Shown here one piece after another: positions 18,863 to 26,684 of a DNA stretch of 32,000 nucleotides (position 1 is the first letter of the stretch; the number at the start of each line of letters is the position of its first letter). This DNA is from Candidatus Pelagibacter sp. HTCC7211. Lineage in GTDB: Bacteria; Pseudomonadota; Alphaproteobacteria; Pelagibacterales; Pelagibacteraceae. Below the pieces are notes generated by a model that ran no database searches, had not been told where the DNA came from, and saw only the letters and a list, made by a program, of their open reading frames with translations. The position numbers and the translations under genes were made by a program. The stretch is taken from NCBI RefSeq assembly GCF_000155895.1, contig NZ_DS995298.1:570001-602000 (forward strand), written 5' to 3'.

Positions 18863-19339
18863 TTATTTTAAAGGATAATTTTTTTTTAGTATGAATTTAT
18901 TAATTAAAATTGCTAATAATAAAATTATGATACAACCAAAAATTATTGGACTTATTAAAAAATCATAAGAAGCACTTCCAATAATTACTATTATTGGATT
19001 TCCACCTGCAGGGGGATGTACCACATTAAGTAAAATCATAAAAAATATTCCAGCACCAACAGCTAAAGCAATATTAATATAAATTGGCAGAGGAATAAAA
19101 TTAACAAATATAACACCAACCAAAGCTGTGATTAGATGTCCAAAAAAAACATTTTTAGGCTGAGCAAAAGGACTTTCAGGAAAACCAAATAATAAAACCA
19201 TCGATGAACCAAATGATCCTGCTAAAAAATAACCTAGAGTACTTTTGTAAGTTAATACAGTTAATACACCGATAGTGAATGCAGAGAAAAAACCAGCAAT
19301 TAATGCTTTTTGTAATGTAGGTTTTGTAATTTTTATCAT
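18863..19339 (-). CDS. HPP-family integral membrane protein
   Basis: 158 aa with four hydrophobic helices. It contains the eponymous ...VVHPPAGGNP... motif. Confidence 0.75.
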   Translation of the reverse strand: MIKITKPTLQKALIAGFFSAFTIGVLTVLTYKSTLGYFLAGSFGSSMVLLFGFPESPFAQPKNVFFGHLITALVGVIFVNFIPLPIYINIALAVGAGIFFMILLNVVHPPAGGNPIIVIIGSASYDFLISPIIFGCIIILLLAILINKFILKKNYPLK

Positions 19340-19738
19340 TTAAATTTTTAAAGCTTTTAAAATAGTTTTAAAAGGTAGCAATAAGCATTCTTTACGAGCA
19401 AGATTTTTTTTATCTAAAATTTCCATAAAATCTTTCCAATGTTTTTCAATATTAATTTTAACATCATCAAATAACTTTTCGCTATTAGCAATAAAAGTCT
19501 TTATTTCGTCAATTTTTTGGTTTTTTATTTTTCTAGAAAGTAAGCTCACAGAAGCTTGGCAATAAACACAAGATTTACATTGATATCCCATATCTTTAAT
19601 CACATCGTTTTTAACAATTAAGCTGATTTCCATTTCATCTCCACATAGAGGATTTTTATGTTTAGACTTATGAGTGAAGTCCTCAATAATCTTATTATTT
19701 TCAGTGTGCGATGCTATCTCTAAAATTCTAAGGTCCAT
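19340..19738 (-). CDS. IscU/SufU (NifU N-terminal)-like Fe-S scaffold protein
   Basis: 132 aa. It has ...KNPLCGDEMEISL... plus downstream ...CKSCVYCQAS..., resembling the three-Cys scaffold pattern of the IscU/SufU family. The stop abuts the HPP ATG. Confidence 0.6.
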   Translation of the reverse strand: MDLRILEIASHTENNKIIEDFTHKSKHKNPLCGDEMEISLIVKNDVIKDMGYQCKSCVYCQASVSLLSRKIKNQKIDEIKTFIANSEKLFDDVKINIEKHWKDFMEILDKKNLARKECLLLPFKTILKALKI

Positions 19739-19781
19739 TATATTTCTTTAATTCAAATTTTAATGTTTTATATTTTGGTGG

Positions 19782-20390
19782 ATGGATCATAGCAATATTT
19801 TAGGTGTTGTACTAGCAGGCGGAAAGTCCCAAAGGTTTGGTGAAGATAAATGCCAAGTTAAATTAGGAGATAAATTGTTGATAGATTATATTTTATCAGA
19901 AATTATTGATGAATTTAAAGAGGTATTATTAATTTCAAATAATAAAATTAAATATAATAATTCAAATAAAATTTCATTAGTTGAAGATACAAAAAGGGGA
20001 TTAGGTCCTTTAGGAGGTATTTTAACTGCTATGAAATGGATCAGGCAAAATAATAAAAATTATAAATGGATTTCAACTTTTCCATCGGATACGCCTTTTT
20101 TTAAAAAAAAAATTTTAAATAATTTTCTAGAAGAAATTAAAGATTATGAAGGTAAACTTTTTTTTATTAACTCTAATGATACTAGACATAATATATTTGG
20201 ACTTTGGTCTATTGATTTATTAGATAGATTAGAAAAGGACTTGGACAATGGTGAAAGAAAAGTTGAAATGTGGGCAAATAAAATTGGTGTAAAGTCAATT
20301 AATATGAAGTTTGAAAACAAAGATCCTTTCTTCAATATTAATACCAAAGAAGATTTAATAAAAGCTAAAGAGTATTTAAAAAATGATTAG
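19782..20390 (+). CDS. mobA: Molybdenum cofactor guanylyltransferase
   Basis: The N-terminus is GVVLAGGKSQRFG.DK, with ...GPLGGILTA... and ...PSDTPF..., all typical of MobA. It overlaps moeA by 8 nt. Confidence 0.85.
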   Translation: MDHSNILGVVLAGGKSQRFGEDKCQVKLGDKLLIDYILSEIIDEFKEVLLISNNKIKYNNSNKISLVEDTKRGLGPLGGILTAMKWIRQNNKNYKWISTFPSDTPFFKKKILNNFLEEIKDYEGKLFFINSNDTRHNIFGLWSIDLLDRLEKDLDNGERKVEMWANKIGVKSINMKFENKDPFFNINTKEDLIKAKEYLKND

Positions 20391-21636
20391 TTATCAAAAC
20401 TCAAAAAAAATTTTGTCTAAAGCAATTATTAAAATTCAAGATGAAAATATTAAAAGTATGAATTCATTAAATAGAGTTTTATCTGAAAATATTTACTCAA
20501 AAATGAATTATCCTTCAGGAAACAATGCAGCTTTTGATGGTTACGCAATAAATTCTAAAGACACTAAACAAATTAAAAAAAAATTACCTCAACAATTCAA
20601 AATTATTGGTTCTGTTGCAGCTGGCGCCAAACCATTTAAAAAAAGAATAGAGAAATTTAATACTGTTGAGATCATGACAGGAGGAATTATTCCAAAAGGC
20701 TTTGATACTATTATTCCAATCGAACAGATTAAGTTTCATCCAAACAAAAACAAAAAAAAATACATAATAATTGATAAAAAAGTTAAGAAATATGATCATG
20801 TTAGATTTGCAGGATCTGATTATAAAAAAAATGAATTAGTAATAAAAAAAAATACTATAATTCAACCAAATCACATACTCGCTTTTAAAACTTTAGGTAT
20901 TAAGAACATCAAAGTTAAAAAAAAAATAAATATATTATTTTTTTCAACAGGAAATGAAATTTCTAATAAAGATAATATCCCTGATTGGAAAGTGAGAAAT
21001 TCAAATAGTCAATATATTAGAAATTTAGATAAAAACTTTTTATTTAATTTTATAGATGGTGGGATTTTAAAGGATCACCATCAAAAACTATATAAAACCA
21101 AGATCAATAGAATGTTAAGGTCTAATATAAATATAATTATTACTTCAGGAGCTGTTTCAGCAGGTAAATTTGACTATATACCAAGTGTAGTAAGGTCTTT
21201 TCAACTATCTAATTATTTTAAAAGTGTATCTATACGTCCTGGCAAACCTATATTGTTTGCAAAGATAAAAAACAACCAAAAAGCAATTTTTGGACTACCA
21301 GGTAATCCGATGTCATCAGCTGCTTGCTTTAGATTTTTTGTGTACCCTTATTTTGAAAAAATTTTAGGACTTAGTGCAGAAAAGCCGATTAAGGCAGTTT
21401 TAAAAAATGATTTTTTGAAGAAAAAAAATTTTACTAGATTTGCTAAAAGTAAATTAAACACAACTAAAGATGGAAAAATTGAAGTCGAAATTTTAAAAGG
21501 CCAGGAGTCTTTTAGAATTAAATCATTTGTAAAATCAAATATTTGGGCAATATTACCATCTGGTAAATCAAAATTTAAGAAAGGTGAAATTGTAGATTGC
21601 TACTTACCAAATCAATCAAATCAAGCCTTAATATAG
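20383..21636 (+). CDS. moeA: Molybdopterin molybdotransferase
   Basis: 417 aa. It has ...FDGYAI..., ...ITSGAVSAGKFDYIP... and ...GLPGNPMSSAACF..., which are MoeA family blocks. Confidence 0.85.
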   Translation: MISYQNSKKILSKAIIKIQDENIKSMNSLNRVLSENIYSKMNYPSGNNAAFDGYAINSKDTKQIKKKLPQQFKIIGSVAAGAKPFKKRIEKFNTVEIMTGGIIPKGFDTIIPIEQIKFHPNKNKKKYIIIDKKVKKYDHVRFAGSDYKKNELVIKKNTIIQPNHILAFKTLGIKNIKVKKKINILFFSTGNEISNKDNIPDWKVRNSNSQYIRNLDKNFLFNFIDGGILKDHHQKLYKTKINRMLRSNINIIITSGAVSAGKFDYIPSVVRSFQLSNYFKSVSIRPGKPILFAKIKNNQKAIFGLPGNPMSSAACFRFFVYPYFEKILGLSAEKPIKAVLKNDFLKKKNFTRFAKSKLNTTKDGKIEVEILKGQESFRIKSFVKSNIWAILPSGKSKFKKGEIVDCYLPNQSNQALI

Positions 21637-21686
21637 AAATGTCATTTTTGTTGTAGTTAAATCTATTTACAATTAAATATCTGCTT

Positions 21687-22592
21687 ATGTTAATACTTAA
21701 AAATCCTAAAATAGCTGTTCCGGTAGTTTTATTTGCAGGTCTAATTTGGTCATTTGGACCACTAGTTGTTAGATACATGAATGATCCTCAATTAATCCCA
21801 TGGCAATATATTTTTGGAAGAGGCTCAACAATTTTTATTTTATTAAATTTATATCTATTCTTTGAAGAGGGAAAAGATTTCTATAAAAATTATTTTAAGA
21901 TGGGTATCTCTGGACTAATAGGTGGCTCCGGTCTTGGTATTGCAATGATTTGTTTTATGTTTTCAATAACCAATACAAGTGCTGCAATCACGTTATTATG
22001 TTTAGCTGCAATGCCTTTTTTTACAGCTTTATTAGCTTTTTTATTTTTAAGAGAAAAAATTACTTTGAATGTTTGGATATCAATTATTATTGCAACAATA
22101 GGAATTTCTATTATGGCAATTGGAACCGACAACCAAAATACCATGGTAGGTTTTATTTTTGGAATTACATCTTCAGTTGGTTTTTCAATATTCTCAGTAT
22201 CTTTAAGGTGGCGTAAAGAAACTCCAAAATTTACTACAACTGCTTTTGCAGGATTTTTTTGTGTTATTTTTGCTTCAATAATGATTTTAACCAACGACTT
22301 AGTTTTCTTTTCATCTAGTTACAATAGTGCACTGTTTTCTTTACATGGAACATTAGTTTGCCTTGGATTAATTTTATATTCAATTGGATCTAAAGCAATT
22401 CCAGCTGCTGAATTAACTCTGCTTTCTCTAACTGAAGTCATTGGTGGAATATTCTGGGTGTGGTTACCTTTGTTTGGTATCAATGAAATTCCTTCGACTA
22501 ATACTATTATTGGTGGTTTTTTCTTATTTATATCTCTTACTTATTACAGTTTATTAATGAGATGGAATAAAAGATATATCGGATTAAATTAA
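21687..22592 (+). CDS. EamA/DMT-family transporter
   Basis: 301 aa with about ten hydrophobic helices arranged as two EamA-like halves. The substrate is unknown. It is the first gene of the creatinase block. Confidence 0.7.
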   Translation: MLILKNPKIAVPVVLFAGLIWSFGPLVVRYMNDPQLIPWQYIFGRGSTIFILLNLYLFFEEGKDFYKNYFKMGISGLIGGSGLGIAMICFMFSITNTSAAITLLCLAAMPFFTALLAFLFLREKITLNVWISIIIATIGISIMAIGTDNQNTMVGFIFGITSSVGFSIFSVSLRWRKETPKFTTTAFAGFFCVIFASIMILTNDLVFFSSSYNSALFSLHGTLVCLGLILYSIGSKAIPAAELTLLSLTEVIGGIFWVWLPLFGINEIPSTNTIIGGFFLFISLTYYSLLMRWNKRYIGLN

Positions 22593-22596
22593 TCAT

Positions 22597-23814
22597 ATGG
22601 AACGACCTGATTTTTTTACATTAAAAAATGGTGAAAAGGTTAAACTTCCCTTCAGTAATTCTGAGTATGACAGAAGAGTAAATAATTTAAGAAATGTTAT
22701 GGATAAAAATAATCTAGACATGGTTATTTTAACTTCAATGCATAATATTGCTTATTATACTGGTTTTATTTACTGTTCTTTTGGAAGACCTTATGGATGC
22801 GTTATTACTAAAAATAAAATTTCAACTATTTCAGCAAACATTGATGCAAGTCAACCTTGGAGAAGATCACACTGCGATAATGTAATTTATACTGACTGGA
22901 AAAGAGATAATTTTCTCAGAGCAATAGTATCAATTATTGGTAGAGACGATCCACCTAAAAATATTGGACTTGAGAATGATCACGTAACACTAGATATGAG
23001 AGAAAAAATTGGATCTATTTTTACTTTTTCAGTTTTTAGTGATGTCTCAAAAGAATTAATGAAATTAAGAATGATCAAATCTAATGAAGAAATTGAGATT
23101 ATTAAAAATGGAGCTCGTATAGCCGATCTAGGTGGAGAGGAAATTGTAAAAAATATTAGAGAAGGTAATACAGAAATTGAAGTTGCAATTGCTGGACGTG
23201 ATCGAATGGAAAGAGAAATTGTAAAAACTTATCCTGGTGCAGAATATATGGATACATGGGTTTGGTTTCAATCAGGGATTAATACAGATGGTGCACATAA
23301 TCCAAAGACAAATAGAAAATTAACAAAAGGAGACATATTATCTCTAAATACTTTTCCAATGATTTCTGGATACTATACAGCATTAGAGAGAACACTATTT
23401 TTAGATCATGCTGATGATGCTTCACTTAAAGCATGGGAAGCAAATGTAAAAGTTCATAAACGTGGATTAGAACTTATCAAACCTGGTGTAAAATGTTCTG
23501 ATATATGCCATGAACTGAATGAATTATTTGCTAAACTTGGTTATTTGCATTATCGAACTTTTGGGTATGGTCATTCTTTTGGAGTTCTCTCTCATTTTTA
23601 TGGAAGAGAAGCTGGATTAGAACTTAGAGAAGACATCGATACTGTCCTCGAAAAAAATATGGTCATTTCAATGGAGCCAATGATTATGATTCCCGAAGGA
23701 AATCCAGGGGCAGGTGGATATAGAGAGCATGATATTTTAGTTATTGGTGAAGAAGGTGCTGAGAATATTACAAAATTTCCTTTCGGGCCTGAACATAATA
23801 TTATACAAAATTAA
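22597..23814 (+). CDS. Creatinase (creatine amidinohydrolase, M24 fold)
   Basis: 405 aa. Long collinear blocks match Pseudomonas putida creatinase as I recall it: ...YCSFGRPYGCVIT...ISANIDASQPWRR..., ...WFQSGINTDGAHNP..., ...GYYTALERTLFLDH..., ...YRTFGYGHSFGVLSHFYGREAGLELREDIDTVLE...GAGGYREHDILV...GAENITKFPFGPE. Confidence 0.9.
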   Translation: MERPDFFTLKNGEKVKLPFSNSEYDRRVNNLRNVMDKNNLDMVILTSMHNIAYYTGFIYCSFGRPYGCVITKNKISTISANIDASQPWRRSHCDNVIYTDWKRDNFLRAIVSIIGRDDPPKNIGLENDHVTLDMREKIGSIFTFSVFSDVSKELMKLRMIKSNEEIEIIKNGARIADLGGEEIVKNIREGNTEIEVAIAGRDRMEREIVKTYPGAEYMDTWVWFQSGINTDGAHNPKTNRKLTKGDILSLNTFPMISGYYTALERTLFLDHADDASLKAWEANVKVHKRGLELIKPGVKCSDICHELNELFAKLGYLHYRTFGYGHSFGVLSHFYGREAGLELREDIDTVLEKNMVISMEPMIMIPEGNPGAGGYREHDILVIGEEGAENITKFPFGPEHNIIQN

Positions 23815-23818
23815 AATT

Positions 23819-24934
23819 ATGAATGATCAAAAGACTATCGTTAATAGTTGGAATGAATGGGATTCGTTAAAACATGTAATTGTTGGTAGAGCGGATGGAA
23901 CATGTATTCCAGCACCAGAGCCAGCTTTAGATGCAAAGGTTCCAGAGGATAGTGATATGAGAGGTCAGTTTGGCCCTAGAACAAAAGACACTGTTGATAA
24001 AGCAAATCAACTTTTAGATAATTTTGCAAGCTTGCTTGAGAAAAAAGGAATTAAAGTAGATCGTCCAACCCCAATAGATTTTAATCAAAAAACATCTACT
24101 CCAGATTGGGAAGCAGAAACTATGTTTGGATGTATGCCTCCAAGAGATGTTTTGCTTACCGTTGGAAATGAAATTTTAGAAGCAACCATGAGTTATCGAT
24201 GTAGATGGTTTGAATATCTATGCTACCGACCTTTGTTGAAAGATTATTATAATTCTGATCCTAATATGAGACATGAGTCAGCTCCAAAACCAAGACTGAC
24301 AGATGCTGATTATCGAAAAGATTATTTATCTGACAAGATTGGTATTCAAAAAAGATTACAATGGACTAAAGATAAGTTTTTTGTAACAACTGAAGAAGAA
24401 CCGTTATTTGATGCTGCTGATGTTTTAAGATTTGGTAAAGACTTGGTCGTTCAACATGGCTTTACTACTAATTTAAAAGGTATTGATTGGTTAAAAAGAC
24501 ATTACAAAGATCATAGAGTTCATGCAGTTAACTTTCCAGGTGACCCTTATCCAATACATATTGATGCAACTTTTACTCCAATCAAAGAAGGATTAATTAT
24601 TAACAATCCTCAAAGAAGACTACCAAAAGAACAAAGAAAACTATTTGAAGATAATGGCTGGGAAATTATTGATAGTGCTCAACCTGCACATAATGAACCG
24701 CCTCCTCTATGTTATTCATCAACATGGCTATCAATGAATGTGTTAGTTCTTGACCCAAAAACAGTTTGTGTTGAAAAGAGTGAAGTTTATCAAGCTGAAC
24801 AACTAGACAAATTAGGCATGGAAGTAGTTCCTGTAGAACTTAGAGATGCTTACGCATTTGGAGGTGGACTTCATTGTTGTACTGCAGATGTTTATCGAGA
24901 AGGTGATCTTAAAGATTATTTTCCAAAGCAATAG
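23819..24934 (+). CDS. Amidinotransferase of the L-arginine:glycine amidinotransferase (AGAT/StrB1) family
   Basis: Blocks match human AGAT from memory: ...NEWDSLKHVIVGRA..., ...MPPRDVLLTVGNEILEATM..., ...EPLFDAADVLRFGKD..., ...PIHIDATF... (catalytic His) and ...GGGLHCCTADV... (catalytic Cys). I start it at the ATG at 23819 (MNDQKT). The ORF-track start at 23744 would overlap creatinase by 71 nt. Confidence 0.85.
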   Translation: MNDQKTIVNSWNEWDSLKHVIVGRADGTCIPAPEPALDAKVPEDSDMRGQFGPRTKDTVDKANQLLDNFASLLEKKGIKVDRPTPIDFNQKTSTPDWEAETMFGCMPPRDVLLTVGNEILEATMSYRCRWFEYLCYRPLLKDYYNSDPNMRHESAPKPRLTDADYRKDYLSDKIGIQKRLQWTKDKFFVTTEEEPLFDAADVLRFGKDLVVQHGFTTNLKGIDWLKRHYKDHRVHAVNFPGDPYPIHIDATFTPIKEGLIINNPQRRLPKEQRKLFEDNGWEIIDSAQPAHNEPPPLCYSSTWLSMNVLVLDPKTVCVEKSEVYQAEQLDKLGMEVVPVELRDAYAFGGGLHCCTADVYREGDLKDYFPKQ

Positions 24935-24936
24935 AT

Positions 24937-25989
24937 ATGGCAAAAATTAAAACAAAAAGAGAAAGAGTTAAATTTGCATCAGATAATGTTGCGGGTGCTT
25001 GTCCAGAAGTATTAGATGCAATTATTAAAGCTAATGAAGGAGACAGCACTCCTTATGGAAACGACCAAATTTCAACAGAACTTCAAGATAAATTTTCTCA
25101 AATTTTTGAAAAAGAAGTTATAGTTTTTCCTACAGCTTCAGGAACAGCTGCTAATGCTTTAGCTTTATCAACGATGACACCATCATTTGGTAATATTTAT
25201 TGTCATAAAATGTCCCATATTAACACTGATGAATGTGGCGCTCCAGAATTCTACACTGGTGGTGGAAAACTTGTTACTCTCCAGGGTGTTAAAGGAAAAA
25301 TAACTGCTGAAGAACTAGATGAAGCGATTACTGGAAAAGGAATTGTACACCATACTCAACCCTCGTCTGTTAGCATTACACAAGTTTGTGAAACAGGAGA
25401 AGTTTATCAATTAGATGAAATAAAAAAAATATCAGATGTTGCTCATAATCATAATTTAAATATGCATATGGATGGCGCTAGATTTGCAAATGCATTAGTG
25501 TCACTTGATGTAACGCCAGCCGAGATGACTTGGAAGTCAGGTATTGATGTATTATCTTTTGGTGCAACCAAAAATGGTTGTTTAGCTGCAGAAGCTATAA
25601 TTTTCTTTAAAAAAGATTTAGTTGGCAATGTTACTTTTTTAATGAAAAGAGCAGGGCATTTGTTATCAAAAATGCGTTTTGTATCTGCTCAATTAGATGC
25701 TTATATAACTAATGATGTTTGGATTAAAAATGCAAGACACGCAAATAAAATGGGAAAAAAACTCAGTGATGGATTGATTAGTCACCCTGATATTAATTTA
25801 TCTTTTCCAACCGAAGCTAATGAGGTTTTTGCAACATTTCCAAGAAATAAAATTGAACATTTAAATTCCGAGGGCTATACAATAAATGAAGACGAGTGGG
25901 ACGGTAAAGCAGTGAGATTAGTTGCAGCTTGGAATACTAAGGATAATGATGTTGATGAGTTTTTAAATATACTCAATAAGACTAACTAG
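24937..25989 (+). CDS. ltaE: Low-specificity L-threonine aldolase (PLP-dependent)
   Basis: 350 aa. It has ...FASDNVAGACPEVLDAI..., ...FPTASGTAANALAL... and the PLP-lysine context ...SFGATKNG..., all typical of threonine aldolases. Confidence 0.85.
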   Translation: MAKIKTKRERVKFASDNVAGACPEVLDAIIKANEGDSTPYGNDQISTELQDKFSQIFEKEVIVFPTASGTAANALALSTMTPSFGNIYCHKMSHINTDECGAPEFYTGGGKLVTLQGVKGKITAEELDEAITGKGIVHHTQPSSVSITQVCETGEVYQLDEIKKISDVAHNHNLNMHMDGARFANALVSLDVTPAEMTWKSGIDVLSFGATKNGCLAAEAIIFFKKDLVGNVTFLMKRAGHLLSKMRFVSAQLDAYITNDVWIKNARHANKMGKKLSDGLISHPDINLSFPTEANEVFATFPRNKIEHLNSEGYTINEDEWDGKAVRLVAAWNTKDNDVDEFLNILNKTN

Positions 25990-26209
25990 GGTTTTGTTTT
26001 AGATATTCAATATAATTTACCACCTCATTAAATTTTTCATCAGGAATATCTTTGTAACTTGCATTAAAATTATCTTTCACACATATCGCTACATGGGCGT
26101 AGGAGTTTCTTCCTTTAGGATGATTTGGGTGGTCGGGCAGCTGACCGCGCAAATAATCGCCAGCTTCCTGAATAATTTTCCAGAGTTTATTTGCGTTTTC
26201 TTTATTCAA
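25982..26209 (-). CDS. Small hypothetical protein (75 aa, TTG start) whose 5' end is duplicated at 28374-28433
   Basis: The open frame begins MNKENANKLWKIIQEAGDYLRGQLPDHPNHPKG.... The C-terminal half (...SYAHVAICVKDNFNASYKDIPDEKFNEVVNYIEYL) vaguely recalls phage ORF6C-type domains, which is unverified. The start is TTG, whereas the duplicated stub has ATG. The 3' end overlaps the ltaE stop by 8 nt (convergent). Confidence 0.5.
   Translation of the reverse strand: MNKENANKLWKIIQEAGDYLRGQLPDHPNHPKGRNSYAHVAICVKDNFNASYKDIPDEKFNEVVNYIEYLKQNPS
26150..26209. repeat. Left copy of a 60-bp imperfect direct repeat (5' end of the 75-aa gene)
   Basis: A hand alignment of 26150-26209 with 28374-28433 gives 52/60 identical positions with no gaps. 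The first 21 nt (CAAATAATCGCCAGCTTCCTG) are identical. Confidence 0.85.
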
Positions 26210-26220
26210 ACTACTTAAAT

Positions 26221-26259
26221 CCTTGTTTTATCTCTTCTGTGTCGAGTTAGTGTCGAGTT
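26221..26259 (-). promoter_or_regulatory. Roughly 40-bp element containing tandem GTGTCGAGTT (11-nt period), copy 1, upstream of the 75-aa gene
   Basis: GTGTCGAGTT occurs at 26239-26248 and again at 26250-26259. The wider block CCTTGTTTTATCTCTTCTGTGTCGAGTTAGTGTCGAGTT recurs at 28218-28257, with about 32/39 identical and one 1-nt indel. Read on the minus strand it gives TCGACA, an 18-nt spacer, then GATAAA, which is a plausible -35/-10 arrangement. Confidence 0.45.
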
Positions 26260-26303
26260 ATCCTATAAAATCCTACAATCATTATCTTAAAAGTTTTTTC
26301 ACA

Positions 26304-26684
26304 TCAGTATTTTTGCTTTGATGGAATTACACCTCTAACACCACCTCTTGGGTCATCTATATCTCCTTTACGCCTTGGTATTAAATGTATATGAAGATGC
26401 ATTACAGTTTGACCTGCAGTTTCTCCCTGGTTTATTCCTATATTAAATCCAGTAATGCTATTATCTTTTCCTATTAAACTGTCTTTTTGAAATTTTATTA
26501 TATTATTTAATTGAATAATATCTTTATCTCTAAGATCAAAATATGTTTTGTTATGTTCATTTAAGATAATTAATGTGTGATCCGTAGTTACAGGATATGC
26601 ATCTCTTATCACATAAAAAATATCATCTTCGTAAATTATATTTAATTTTTCTTTGTTACAGAATATACAATTATTATTTTCCAT
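26304..26684 (-). CDS. HIT (histidine triad) family nucleotide hydrolase/transferase
   Basis: 126 aa. It has the N-terminal CIFC and the histidine triad MHLHIHLIPR (H96/H98/H100). The C-terminal tail is DIDDPRGGVRGVIPSK. The start overlaps the upstream HNH gene by 11 nt. Confidence 0.85.
   Translation of the reverse strand: MENNNCIFCNKEKLNIIYEDDIFYVIRDAYPVTTDHTLIILNEHNKTYFDLRDKDIIQLNNIIKFQKDSLIGKDNSITGFNIGINQGETAGQTVMHLHIHLIPRRKGDIDDPRGGVRGVIPSKQKY

Noticed and set aside
20560-20960. Long poly-A runs inside moeA and elsewhere (for example 20573-20583, 20750-20760, 20919-20927) as possible slippage or phase-variation tracts
   Set aside because: They encode lysine-rich stretches in frame and match the general AT/lysine bias of the whole window. 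No frameshifted continuation was seen.
23744-23818. A 25-codon N-terminal extension of the amidinotransferase ORF
   Set aside because: It would overlap the creatinase 3' end by 71 nt. Homology to the AGAT family begins only after the ATG at 23819 (MNDQKTIVNSWNEWD).
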